From Coleofasciculus sp. B1-GNL1-01 (GTDB taxonomy: Bacteria; Cyanobacteriota; Cyanobacteriia; Cyanobacteriales; Coleofasciculaceae): a DNA stretch of 64,000 nt. Every line of letters starts with the position of its first letter. Positions within the stretch are counted from its first letter, which is position 1. The notes beneath the pieces are model-generated. The model did no database searches. It worked only from the letters and a program-made list of their open reading frames with translations, and was not told the DNA's origin. The position numbers and the translations under genes are program-made. Below are positions 18,833 to 28,830 of this stretch, piece by piece. The stretch lies in NCBI GenBank assembly GCA_040220235.1, contig JAVJTO010000070.1, one strand, 5' to 3'.

Positions 18833-21331
18833 ATGGCTAACTTTACACTCCAGTTACTACATGCGGCTGACCAAGAAGGGGGAATCCCAGCGATAGACGA
18901 CGCGCCCCGCTTTTCGGCTGTTCTCAACGCCCTGAAAACGCAAGATATTGATGGTATTCCTGGGGTTGACTTTCCCAATACCCTGGTTTTATCGTCCGGA
19001 GATGCCTATATTCCGGGTCCCTTTTTCTCCGCCAGTAGAACCGCGTTTGGTGGTGCTGGACGAGGCGATATCTTAATCCAAAATGAGTTAGGCTTTCAAG
19101 CGATCGCCTTTGGTAACCACGAATTTGACCTGGGTACGGGTGCGATCGCGGATGTGATTGCGGCGGATGGTGATTATCCGGGAACTCAGTTTCCCTATCT
19201 CAGCGCCAACCTGGATTTTAGCCGTGATGAAAATTTAGCACCCCTTGTGGTTGAGGATGGACAAGAAGCCGATACCATTCCGAACAGTATTGCTGGCAAT
19301 ACCATTATTACCGTTAATGGGGAACGCATTGGTGTTGTTGGTGCGACGACGCCAACCTTACCTCAGATTTCCTCTCCCGATGATGTCGGCGTTGCGCCGA
19401 TTGAATTTGATTCGGCTAATCCCGCCGATATTCAGGCGTTAGCCACAGAAATTCAAGACTCGGTCGATACCCTGCTGACCAATAACTCGGATATTAACAA
19501 AGTTATCCTGCTGGCGCACATGCAGCAGATTGGGATTGAAGCACAACTGGCTACCGCTTTGGCAGATGTAGACATTATTGTCGCTGGCGGTTCCAATACG
19601 CTGCTAGCTGATGAAACGGATCGCCTTCGCGCTGGCGATGAAGTGGAAGGTGCTTATCCGATTCTCAAGACAGCAGCTGATGGGAATCCCGTTGCTGTAG
19701 TTAACACCGATGGGAACTATAAATACGTGGGTCGCTTGGTGGTTGACTTTGACGAGAACGGTGTAATTATTCCGGATAGCATCGACCCTACGATTAGTGG
19801 TGCTTACGCCACCGATGAGGAAGGCGTCGCCGCTGTGGGTGGGACTCCTGACCCCGATATTGTGGACATTACCCAGACGTTGCGGGATGTCATCGCCAGC
19901 CAAGAGGGTAACATTTTTGGCAATACCGAAGTCTTTCTTAATGGAACACGCAGCGATGTCCGCACCCAAGAAACTAATTTGGGAAATCTTACCGCCGATG
20001 CGAACCTGGCGATCGCGCAGGAGTCTGACCCCAGTGTGGTGATTTCCCTGAAAAATGGGGGTGGGATTCGGGATAACATTGGTGTCGTCACCTATCCTCC
20101 TGGTTCAACAGATCCCGAAGATATACTCAAACTCCCGCCCCAACCCAATCCCCTCGCTGGTAAGGAAGAAGGAGATATTTCTCAACTGGATATTTCCAAC
20201 TCCCTCCGCTTCAACAACGGGTTAACCTTAGTCACTGTCACCGCCCAAGAACTCCTAGATATTATTGAACATGGCGTTTCCCAGACAGAACCCGGTGCAA
20301 CACCGGGACGGTTTCCCCAAGTTGGGGGGATGGCGTTCAGTTTTGATGCCGATTTGCCAGCGGGCGATCGGGTTCAATCCTTAGCGATTCAAGATGGTGA
20401 TGGGAATGTCACCGATGTGGTTGTTGCCAATGGTGAACTAATTGGCAATCCCGATCGCAGCTTCCGTATGGTCACATTAGCCTTTCTCGCGGGTGGTGGT
20501 GATGGCTATCCTTTCCCCATGGGAGACTCTGCCAATCAAGTCAACTTGGCACAAGCCGACGATGCACCTCGCACAGGGGTAGCCACGTTTGTGCCGGATG
20601 GTTCTGAACAAGATGCGTTAGCGGAGTATTTGGCAGACAATTATAGCCAAACGCCCTTTGATAATAAAGATGTACCTCCTGCACTCGACACTCGCATTCA
20701 AAACCTAGACGTTCGTAGCGATACCGTCCTCGGTGAAGGCGCGATCGCGGGAACGGATGGGGCAAATACCCTCGTCGGTACCCCAAATCAGGATTTAATT
20801 CTCGCCTTTGCTGGGAATGACCTTGCTGCTGGTGAACTCGGTGATGATCTGATCCGAGGTGGCGATGGTGATGATGTACTGCGGGGAGACCGGAATAGCC
20901 GCAGCGCCCAAGTGGGTGAAGCTGGGGGTGATGATATCATCTACGGCGGTGCAGGGAGCGATCGCATCGGGGGTAAGAGTGGTAATGATACTCTATTTGG
21001 TGAAGCTGGTGATGATCAAATCTGGGGCGATGATGGCGATGATATTATTTATGGCGGTCTGGGTAATGACACCTTAACCGGTGATGACTTCTCTGGTGGT
21101 CAAGGGAGTGATACCTTTGTGTTGGCTGTGGGAGAAGGAACGGACACCATTGTTGATTTTGAAGTGGGAACTGACGCGATCGGTTTGGCGAATGGTCTCA
21201 CCTTCGGTCAGTTGTCCTTTAGTGAACAAGATGGGAATACCTTAATTAAATCCGCAGATGATACGGTGTTGGCTATTCTCAATCAGGTAAATGCTGATAG
21301 TTTAACTGAGACTTCTTTTCTGGTGATTTAA
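18833..21331 (+). CDS. Metallophosphoesterase/5'-nucleotidase with RTX Ca-binding tail
   Basis: LLHAADQE, SSGD, GNHEFD, ETNLGNL, NGGGIR, GRFPQVGG; C-terminal GGxGxD repeats. Confidence 0.92.
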   Translation: MANFTLQLLHAADQEGGIPAIDDAPRFSAVLNALKTQDIDGIPGVDFPNTLVLSSGDAYIPGPFFSASRTAFGGAGRGDILIQNELGFQAIAFGNHEFDLGTGAIADVIAADGDYPGTQFPYLSANLDFSRDENLAPLVVEDGQEADTIPNSIAGNTIITVNGERIGVVGATTPTLPQISSPDDVGVAPIEFDSANPADIQALATEIQDSVDTLLTNNSDINKVILLAHMQQIGIEAQLATALADVDIIVAGGSNTLLADETDRLRAGDEVEGAYPILKTAADGNPVAVVNTDGNYKYVGRLVVDFDENGVIIPDSIDPTISGAYATDEEGVAAVGGTPDPDIVDITQTLRDVIASQEGNIFGNTEVFLNGTRSDVRTQETNLGNLTADANLAIAQESDPSVVISLKNGGGIRDNIGVVTYPPGSTDPEDILKLPPQPNPLAGKEEGDISQLDISNSLRFNNGLTLVTVTAQELLDIIEHGVSQTEPGATPGRFPQVGGMAFSFDADLPAGDRVQSLAIQDGDGNVTDVVVANGELIGNPDRSFRMVTLAFLAGGGDGYPFPMGDSANQVNLAQADDAPRTGVATFVPDGSEQDALAEYLADNYSQTPFDNKDVPPALDTRIQNLDVRSDTVLGEGAIAGTDGANTLVGTPNQDLILAFAGNDLAAGELGDDLIRGGDGDDVLRGDRNSRSAQVGEAGGDDIIYGGAGSDRIGGKSGNDTLFGEAGDDQIWGDDGDDIIYGGLGNDTLTGDDFSGGQGSDTFVLAVGEGTDTIVDFEVGTDAIGLANGLTFGQLSFSEQDGNTLIKSADDTVLAILNQVNADSLTETSFLVI

Positions 21332-21357
21332 CGGATTCATCCCACGCTGTATTTTAT

Positions 21358-22644
21358 TCAGCGTGGGGTACTGATCGCCGGATCAGCTAATGTGCCTTCA
21401 TCCAAAGATACGAAAAACTCTCTGATCTTTTCGTCTCGTAAGTTCAACCATTTCTCTAAATGTCTGCTGTAGGCTTTCGCCTTGTCTTTCGCATCCGGGT
21501 TATTCAATAGCACCGTTATTGCCTGGTTAATCTTATCTGGATTAATAGTCGTTCGACGGATTCTCTTGGCAAACCCTTTTCGCACCAGACAGTCGAGATT
21601 GTATTCTTGTTCGTACATCATTCCCACCCCGACAACGGGTTTACCCGCCAACGCCGCAGTCATGACGGTGCCAATACCACCATGAATCACGGCGATGTCA
21701 GCCAGCCGATTCACCTGCAAAGCAGGTAACCAATCGGTCAGAAGCACACCAACCGGAACGTTTATATTTAAACCTTCTGTTTTTCGCTGCATCGGGGAAA
21801 TCACATTAAAGGGTTGATCCTTAAACCCTTCCACTATGGCTTTAATTACAGAAGGTCGTCCCGAACTACCCATGGAAAAATAGACCAGAGGTTTATCTTG
21901 ATTCACCCATTCAAGTACCGCTTGGGGGATTTCTTTATCCAAGTTGGCAATTAATGGACCAATATAATAGTCGGATTGGCGTTGTTTTTCTAATCCGGAA
22001 AAGTCCTCGGGTTCAGCCAATAAATTGTAATCGCCTTGCCAAAGTTCGTAGATGTCTTTGAGGGGCTGAACTTGATACTCCTGTGCTACTGTATTCAACG
22101 GTTTGAGAATCGCCTTGCTGAAATAAGCAACAGCCCGCTTGGTTAACCATTGCAACATAGTGTCTGGTAGGTGTCTGATCAGGGGACGCTCAAGATCATC
22201 CATATAGGAACCCAATCCCTGATCAATCATCGCTTCAATATCCCAGGTGGATTGTGTCAGCCACACCAAGGGTATCTTTGCCACACGACAGGATAGGGTT
22301 ACCGTGGTATTGAAGCCTGTAATCGCGGCGAGAGGACGCAGGTTTTGCAGGAATGCTACTTCATTTTTTACGCGATCGCGGGTTTCTGCTAACGAAAAAA
22401 ATGATCCCAGTTTTTCTCCTTGATCAATCTGATAGAGATGCTCGATTTTCGTGGGGGTCAGGCGAGGCGATAACTTCGTCAGCGCAAATCCTGCATCTTC
22501 AATGAGTGGTTCAAACTGTCCTCCGTAGCTAGCAAAGTGTAGATCAAACCTGGGACGACATGCTTTTGCCACTTCCAGTGTTCGCGTGGTTTCCGCTAAA
22601 TTCCATGTGGCTGGGAAAAAGACTAAACGACTTCGTTGCATCAT
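21358..22644 (-). CDS. GT-B glycosyltransferase (GT1/GT28-like)
   Basis: VYFSMGSSG, WLPALQV, IHGGIGT, EQEYN motifs. Confidence 0.85.
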   Translation of the reverse strand: MMQRSRLVFFPATWNLAETTRTLEVAKACRPRFDLHFASYGGQFEPLIEDAGFALTKLSPRLTPTKIEHLYQIDQGEKLGSFFSLAETRDRVKNEVAFLQNLRPLAAITGFNTTVTLSCRVAKIPLVWLTQSTWDIEAMIDQGLGSYMDDLERPLIRHLPDTMLQWLTKRAVAYFSKAILKPLNTVAQEYQVQPLKDIYELWQGDYNLLAEPEDFSGLEKQRQSDYYIGPLIANLDKEIPQAVLEWVNQDKPLVYFSMGSSGRPSVIKAIVEGFKDQPFNVISPMQRKTEGLNINVPVGVLLTDWLPALQVNRLADIAVIHGGIGTVMTAALAGKPVVGVGMMYEQEYNLDCLVRKGFAKRIRRTTINPDKINQAITVLLNNPDAKDKAKAYSRHLEKWLNLRDEKIREFFVSLDEGTLADPAISTPR

Positions 22645-22843
22645 CTATTACCCATTGTTTCATTTAGTTGATTAAAAAAATTGTATATTCATTTAAAACT
22701 ATTACAAACAAACCCTTTTTAACCGAATAATAATAACGAGTTAAACTTGCACTAGGAGTATTTACTTAGAGAGGTCGATCTTTCCAGACACGTTCAATAA
22801 GCATTCTAGGAGTAGCTTTATGGTAGGTTACTTTACCTTACCC

Positions 22844-24838
22844 ATGTCAGAAACTCTAATTCGTGACGCTTATTTCCTGAAACAGATCGACGGCAAAGAA
22901 CCAGCAACCGATTCAGCATCCGCCGCCACCGCGATCGCCACAGGGCAGAAAACCGATGCTGGTAACATTGCTTGGTTAACGGGTGATCCAGCCGATGGTG
23001 CATTAACGACAATTGCGGAAACATTACGCCGTGACCAAGGCTTCTCAATCGGTGTCGTTAGCACCGTACCCTTCAGCCACGCCACACCTGCGGCGTTTGT
23101 CAGCCATAACGTTAATCGTAACAACTACTTGGACATCGCCAATGAAATCATCAACACCACTCAGCCTGATCTGGTGATTGGTGGGGGTCATCCCAATACC
23201 TATGGTCGTTTTCGCTATCTCTCAGAGTCGGATTACAATGCGCTGAACTCCGGTGACGCTGGCTATACCTTTGTGGAATGGACAGCCGGTGTTGATGGCG
23301 GCGATGCTTTACTGACAGCCGCCGAGACTATTGATGTTAATGCTGGGGAGAAACTCTTCGGCTTGTTTGGTGGTGAGGGTGGCAATTTCGATTTCCATCA
23401 GGTGTCTGATACCCCAGGGAATCCATCCGTCACTCCCGGTAGTGTGGAGAATCCCACGTTGACGGAAGCAACGAATGCGACGTTATCGGTACTCAATCAA
23501 GATCCCGATGGTTTCTTCGTCATGTTCGAGCAGGGGGATATCGACTGGTCAAACCACGGTAATAACTTTGAAACGATGATCGGCGGGGTTTGGGATTTAG
23601 ACCAAGCCGTGCAAGCCGCAGAAGCGTTTATCGCTCAACCGGGCGATGATTTGGACTGGTCTAATACGTTAATGATCGTCACCTCTGACCATTCCAACAG
23701 CTATCTCCGCAACAAAGAGGTACTAGGTAAAGGTGACTTACCGCAGCAGGTGGAAGCCAGTGGGGAGGGTAGTTATGGCAGTCCCTGGCTGTATCCGAAT
23801 GGGGAAGTCTCCTACCACACCACGAATCATACCAATGAACTGGTAACTTTGTCCGCTCGTGGTGCAGGTGCGGCGTCGTTCTCGGAGTATGCGGGTTCCT
23901 GGTATCCGGGGACAGATATCGTGGATAATACCCAGATCTATCAGGTGATGGATCAAGCCACTCAAGACGGGGTGGAACATCTGATCCTGTTCATCGGTGA
24001 CGGGATGAACATTGAGCATGAAATCGCCAGTAGCCGTTATTTGTATGGAGAAGATAATGGACTTGCTTGGCATGACTGGGGTGAACTGAGTGATGGCTGG
24101 ACGGGCTTCTCGTCTACCTGGGATGTGACGACCTATAACAAGTATGCCTCGGTGCATGACTTACCGGCGTATGACGCCACTAACTTTGACCCGACACTGG
24201 GTTACGATCCAGACATCGGCGGGGTTGAACCCGGTTATCCCGAAGGTAGTATTATCCAAGCCAGTTCTGATGGTGACACGCTGGTTGGTGAGGTTGACCT
24301 GGATGACTTGATCGTGGCGAGTGACGGTGATGATACCGTTGCTGGCGAGATGGGTCATGACATCATTGTCGGTAAAGACGGTGACGATGTACTGCGGGGC
24401 GATCGCAACAGTCGTTCTTCTGGCGGTCAAGTCGGCGGGGATGACGTGATTTACGGTGGTAACGGGAATGACCGGATTGGCGGTAAAGGGGGTGATGATA
24501 TCCTCTTGGGTGAAGACGGCGACGACCAAATCTGGGGTGATGATGGGGATGATATCCTGCGCGGCGGTTTGGGTCATGATACCTTGACTGGTGATGACTT
24601 CTCTGGGGGTCAGGGGCGTGATACCTTTGTCCTGGCTGCGGGCGAAGGAACCGACACGATTGTTGATTTCAATGTTGGTGAAGATTTCATCGGTTTGGTC
24701 GGAGACCTGACATTTGGACAATTAACTATCGCTCAGGATGGCGAAAATACGCTGATTGGGTTAGACAACGAAACGTTGGCAATTCTGAATCAGGTGGATG
24801 CGAGTAATCTGACTCAGGATTATTTCGTAGCGGTCTAA
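22844..24838 (+). CDS. Alkaline phosphatase (PhoA superfamily, circularly permuted) with RTX tail
   Basis: TDSASAATA, HATPAA, EQGDIDWSNH, TSDH, HT, DNTQIY, followed by ILFIGDGM; the start may instead be 22820. Confidence 0.88.
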   Translation: MSETLIRDAYFLKQIDGKEPATDSASAATAIATGQKTDAGNIAWLTGDPADGALTTIAETLRRDQGFSIGVVSTVPFSHATPAAFVSHNVNRNNYLDIANEIINTTQPDLVIGGGHPNTYGRFRYLSESDYNALNSGDAGYTFVEWTAGVDGGDALLTAAETIDVNAGEKLFGLFGGEGGNFDFHQVSDTPGNPSVTPGSVENPTLTEATNATLSVLNQDPDGFFVMFEQGDIDWSNHGNNFETMIGGVWDLDQAVQAAEAFIAQPGDDLDWSNTLMIVTSDHSNSYLRNKEVLGKGDLPQQVEASGEGSYGSPWLYPNGEVSYHTTNHTNELVTLSARGAGAASFSEYAGSWYPGTDIVDNTQIYQVMDQATQDGVEHLILFIGDGMNIEHEIASSRYLYGEDNGLAWHDWGELSDGWTGFSSTWDVTTYNKYASVHDLPAYDATNFDPTLGYDPDIGGVEPGYPEGSIIQASSDGDTLVGEVDLDDLIVASDGDDTVAGEMGHDIIVGKDGDDVLRGDRNSRSSGGQVGGDDVIYGGNGNDRIGGKGGDDILLGEDGDDQIWGDDGDDILRGGLGHDTLTGDDFSGGQGRDTFVLAAGEGTDTIVDFNVGEDFIGLVGDLTFGQLTIAQDGENTLIGLDNETLAILNQVDASNLTQDYFVAV

Positions 24839-24859
24839 TACTACTACCAAGTCCAAGCA

Positions 24860-24892
24860 AGATCCCCGACTTCTCCAAGAAGTCGGGGATCT
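24860..24892. repeat. Palindromic repeat or possible terminator
   Basis: agatccccgacttct-cca-agaagtcggggatct directly after the phosphatase; half copy near 13151. Confidence 0.65.
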
Positions 24893-25104
24893 GGGATAAA
24901 TAGATAGTTCCCTGTTCCCTACTCTCAACCGTTAACTTTAAATGAAAGTCCGACTACTTACTCATTAGGATTAGGTAATTTATAACTTCTTTACTTTTTC
25001 AGAAAAAATAATTGAGTTATTTTTTTAAAAAACTGTAACAAAAAATACATTTTAAAAAAGAAAAAATACAATAGAAATTGCCTGGATTATTATGGAGTAA
25101 ATTG

Positions 25105-25719
25105 ATGAAAGTTTTACGCATACTTGTCGCTGGATCTGTTGGTGTGGGTAAGTCTAGCTTTGTGCGAACCGCTAGTGATACTGACTTCATAGAAACCGAG
25201 CGCTTAGCTACGGATTCCACGTCCTTATTGAAACCACAAACAACCGTTGCCTTTGACTTTAACCGTCTGGTACTCAGTCCGGAAATAGAACTGCACATCT
25301 ACGGCACTCCGGGTCAATCTCGCTTTGATTTTATGTGGGATGTGTTAATCAAAAGAGCTGATGCCTATATTCTGTTAGTAGCAGCCCATCGTCCAGATAA
25401 TTTCCCATTAGCTTATGATATTCTCTCCTATATGAATCAGCGCGTGCAAATTCCAATGATTGTTGGTTTAACTCATACGGATTGTCCAAACGCCAGGGAA
25501 GTAGACGAAATTATTAGAGAGTTGGGCTATCTCGATGAAGAAAAATCCCCCATCGTGGTGACTGTGAATCCGACTAACATAATTTCCGTGATTGAATCCC
25601 TACTAATGCTAAAGTCTCTTATCCTGCAAGAGGATGACTTTTGCCTGGATCAATCGTATCACTCAGTAGTGCGTCCCTCTTCGGTTAGTGACCAAACACC
25701 TCATTTCATTCTTCGGTAA
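25105..25719 (+). CDS. Small Ras-like GTPase (MglA/ATP-GTP-binding family)
   Basis: GSVGVGKS P-loop, TTVAFDF, YGTPGQSRFDFMW, THTD. Confidence 0.85.
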   Translation: MKVLRILVAGSVGVGKSSFVRTASDTDFIETERLATDSTSLLKPQTTVAFDFNRLVLSPEIELHIYGTPGQSRFDFMWDVLIKRADAYILLVAAHRPDNFPLAYDILSYMNQRVQIPMIVGLTHTDCPNAREVDEIIRELGYLDEEKSPIVVTVNPTNIISVIESLLMLKSLILQEDDFCLDQSYHSVVRPSSVSDQTPHFILR

Positions 25720-25930
25720 GTTTTAGTCCAACCCAGTCGATAAGCGTTTCAGTCTGTGACCCCTCTTTCTGACAGATACTCGACAACGGGAAACCAAGAC
25801 AGCCTTGCACTTTGCTGTGTAGTTCTCTTTCTGTACGTCTTTAGAACTATCTTCATTTATTTAAGCTCTCATTTTGGCAGCAGGCAAATTTTCATATAAA
25901 CTTTAAGATTAATCGTATATAGGCAGGAAC

Positions 25931-27136
25931 TTACTCCTTGTACAGATAGCGCACTCCTAAATGTTGGGCGATTTTTTCCAAAAGCACTTCCTCATGGAAA
26001 GGCTGACCGATAAAATCATTGCAGCCAACTGATAAAACCTGGGAACTGTCTTCAGAAGAAGCACTAACAAACAAACCAATAATCACCGTTGCTTGTTCTT
26101 GAGAAAAACTGCGGCGGAACTTCTCCACAGAGCGAATTCGGCGAGTAGCTTGATAGCCATCCATTATCGGCATTCGCATATTCATGAAAATTAGGTGAGG
26201 CAAATAGCTGGAGCGAATGTCCACTGCTTCCTGACCATTTTCAGCTTCGCGAACACAAAAGCCGATCGATGTCAGCATCTTGACCAAAAAAATCCGCATC
26301 TGTGGACGATGTTCAACTAGCAAAATCCGATACTGGGGTTGATCGGGTGCTAGTCTAATCACCTGGCGATTGTTTTGAGAAGTCTTAATTTTATCGGCTT
26401 TGGCAATGGCAATCTGATTATCAAACGCCGATGTTGTGTTTTTCCCCAACAGAATCTGATCAAGTAATTCCGAGAGATGTTCCCCTGAGTGCTTTATTAC
26501 CCCTAAATAGTGCTGGTGTTCAGGAGAAAGGGATGATTCGCGGCTCATTAGTTGGGTGAAGCCTAGGATAGTACTCAGAGGCGTGAGCAGTTCATGACTC
26601 ATGTTAGCTAAAAATTCACTTTTCGCCCTGTTCCCTGCATCAGCCGCTTCTTTGGCTAGGGCGAATAAGCGGGATTGAGCTAAAAGCAATGCCTGCATAT
26701 TCAGCAACCGTCGCTGCCCATCTTCCCATTTAATCATAATCGGCTCATAAGCTAACGATGCGGGACGATTGAGCGCTAAGTTTACGGCTTTTTCTATGGA
26801 ACAAATGTTACTCAGTAGCAGGTACTTTTCGGCTAATTTTTCGGCAGTGAAAATCCCTTCAGTTTTGGCAATCATCTTCCACAATGAGTGAATCGGGCGT
26901 TTGAGGAACGTTTCTAACCCATAGGGGCGACTGAGCCACTCAAAGAATTGCGTTCTGGAAATCACGCCGATAATTTGATTCGCATCTGTAATTATAACGC
27001 CAGGTAGTTCTGGATGCTGCTGGAATTCTTGGGCGACAACCTGACCTAATGTGGTTAATTCCACTTGAAAGTCATGGCTAGGGAGGTGAGCCAAGGTTGA
27101 ATCCAGCGTCAGCTTATCTAATTGTTGAACAAGCAC
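25931..27136 (-). CDS. CBS-like + HisKA + receiver protein lacking the HATPase domain
   Basis: KSEFLANMSHELLTPL is followed after a short linker by a REC domain; no N or G boxes. Confidence 0.8.
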   Translation of the reverse strand: MLVQQLDKLTLDSTLAHLPSHDFQVELTTLGQVVAQEFQQHPELPGVIITDANQIIGVISRTQFFEWLSRPYGLETFLKRPIHSLWKMIAKTEGIFTAEKLAEKYLLLSNICSIEKAVNLALNRPASLAYEPIMIKWEDGQRRLLNMQALLLAQSRLFALAKEAADAGNRAKSEFLANMSHELLTPLSTILGFTQLMSRESSLSPEHQHYLGVIKHSGEHLSELLDQILLGKNTTSAFDNQIAIAKADKIKTSQNNRQVIRLAPDQPQYRILLVEHRPQMRIFLVKMLTSIGFCVREAENGQEAVDIRSSYLPHLIFMNMRMPIMDGYQATRRIRSVEKFRRSFSQEQATVIIGLFVSASSEDSSQVLSVGCNDFIGQPFHEEVLLEKIAQHLGVRYLYKE

Positions 27137-27490
27137 AATTCTAATTCAGTTTTTTTAGGGTTGACTCAAATCAGGAGATTGATGCACTTGATTGACGTTG
27201 TGAGGGGTTTAGTTACGATAATTTTTATGGTTTTGAATTAAATTAATTATACCAAATGCATTTTATTGATGGAATTGACTTAATACAATTTTTACGGGAA
27301 TAGCTATATTTTTTACCCTGGCTTTTTAAAGTTAAAATTGAATTAATTTTAGTTTAACGCCTAGTTGTTATAAAAATTTTAGCTAGCGCAAGAATGTCTG
27401 TTCAGTAATAAGTAGTCGGACAAAATTAAAGTTGACGGTTAAGATTGGGGAACTCACGGGCGGGGAACAGGCGTCAACTCAACCTACAAC

Positions 27491-28675
27491 CTATTCGACA
27501 AAAAGCCCAATCAGCAAGGCTATAGGCGCTGCGAGTAATATCCACATCGTCTGTGGCAAACCATACTGTTGAGCAACCCAACCCAGGGTAAGCGGTATTA
27601 AACTACCCACTAAACCCGCCAGGTTGTTTAGCGTCATCACTGTACCACTCTGCCCCAGCATCGCTGTGTACAGTCGCCCCTGAAGAATTGAGTACCAACC
27701 TGAATTCAGGAAACCCAATAAACCAAGAATAACCAGCTTGATCGTGATATTGGATATAACCAAAAAAGCTGGATAAAGAAACAAAACCAGGATGGCGCTA
27801 AATCTCAAATACTTTAATCCCCGCATCCGTTCGAGTAAAGGAATCAGCGAAAAATCGCCCAATAAGCCAACCCCTAACCAGACGGTGACAGCCAAGCTGG
27901 TTTGCGTACTGGTTGCGCCGACAACATCAACAAAATACAGGGCTAAAAAACCATGCAAAACATCTAGCATTAAATCCGCAAGTTGTAATAAGGTTAACCA
28001 ACGCCGTACTTGAGATCGTTTTAAGGCATTGATGGCATGATGGATACCCTGGTTGAAGCTGTGCAGGGGTTGCTCAACGGTAGCGGATGCTGTTGCAGGT
28101 ATAATCGGATAGTTCCACAGTATTTTTACCAGTAATACCGTGAGTACCGCCAATCCGAGAAACACACGTCGCCAAGTTTGATCAAATGCGATCGCACTCG
28201 CTAAAATCAAGGGTCCAATCACGTTTCCCACCGAACCCGCCAATGCCCAACGTGCCATATTATACTCGTGGTGTGTGGGTTCCATGTCCATTAACGTTGC
28301 TTGAGAAAGACTGACAAAGCCGCCCGATGCGGGATAAAATAAGACCAGCGCGGCTAATAATCCGAAAAAGTGATCACTTAGGGAAATCAGGACGAGCGCG
28401 ATCGCAAACGCCATCCCTCCCCCTAAAATTAATTGCCGTCGCTGACCTAAATCGGCTAAAATACCCAAGATTGGCTCGATCAGGCTACTGACGATAGTGG
28501 GTATGGTTAGCAACAGTCCCACTTGCAGGTATGAAAGATGCAACTCATTACGAATCAACGGATAGGCTGCACCCCACACGCCATCCACAAGTTCGTCTAA
28601 TCCTTCAATTGTCAGGAAAATAATCGTTAATCCAATTACTGTTCGAGTCGGTTTATTTTTACCATCCAATGACAT
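27491..28675 (-). CDS. MFS transporter
   Basis: About 12 TM helices; motif A-like GILADLGQRR. Confidence 0.9.
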   Translation of the reverse strand: MSLDGKNKPTRTVIGLTIIFLTIEGLDELVDGVWGAAYPLIRNELHLSYLQVGLLLTIPTIVSSLIEPILGILADLGQRRQLILGGGMAFAIALVLISLSDHFFGLLAALVLFYPASGGFVSLSQATLMDMEPTHHEYNMARWALAGSVGNVIGPLILASAIAFDQTWRRVFLGLAVLTVLLVKILWNYPIIPATASATVEQPLHSFNQGIHHAINALKRSQVRRWLTLLQLADLMLDVLHGFLALYFVDVVGATSTQTSLAVTVWLGVGLLGDFSLIPLLERMRGLKYLRFSAILVLFLYPAFLVISNITIKLVILGLLGFLNSGWYSILQGRLYTAMLGQSGTVMTLNNLAGLVGSLIPLTLGWVAQQYGLPQTMWILLAAPIALLIGLFVE

Positions 28676-28684
28676 CGTGAAATT

Positions 28685-28830
28685 CTCCCATCCTTAAAAT
28701 TTGTTCACCAGCGCCACATCTTCACAGCGTTGGTGATGGGAGGGGGAATCCACGAACAAATCCTCTGCCTTATCTCGTAAGGCAATCGTGGGTTGGATTG
28801 GGTTCTAGACGCTTACCAAGGAGGAAACAT
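28685..28830 (-). promoter_or_regulatory. Candidate translational attenuator (uORF MFPPW plus SD-sequestering stem)
   Basis: ATG TTT CCT CCT TGG TAA at 28830-28813; CTCCCATC (28742-28735) is complementary to GATGGGAG (28692-28685), which contains the SD. Confidence 0.45.

Noticed and set aside
22820..22920. Alkaline phosphatase as a 5'-truncated pseudogene
   Set aside because: The apparently missing N-terminal GDGM block is present later in the same frame, so permutation explains it better.
24161..24721. 186-aa minus-strand ORF (and similar antisense ORFs across the window)
   Set aside because: Shadow frames of well-supported genes, with no recognisable motifs.
24925..27450. Composite transposon formed by MITE C ends around the GTPase and kinase genes
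   Set aside because: The element bodies extend away from the enclosed genes, and I found no shared target duplication.
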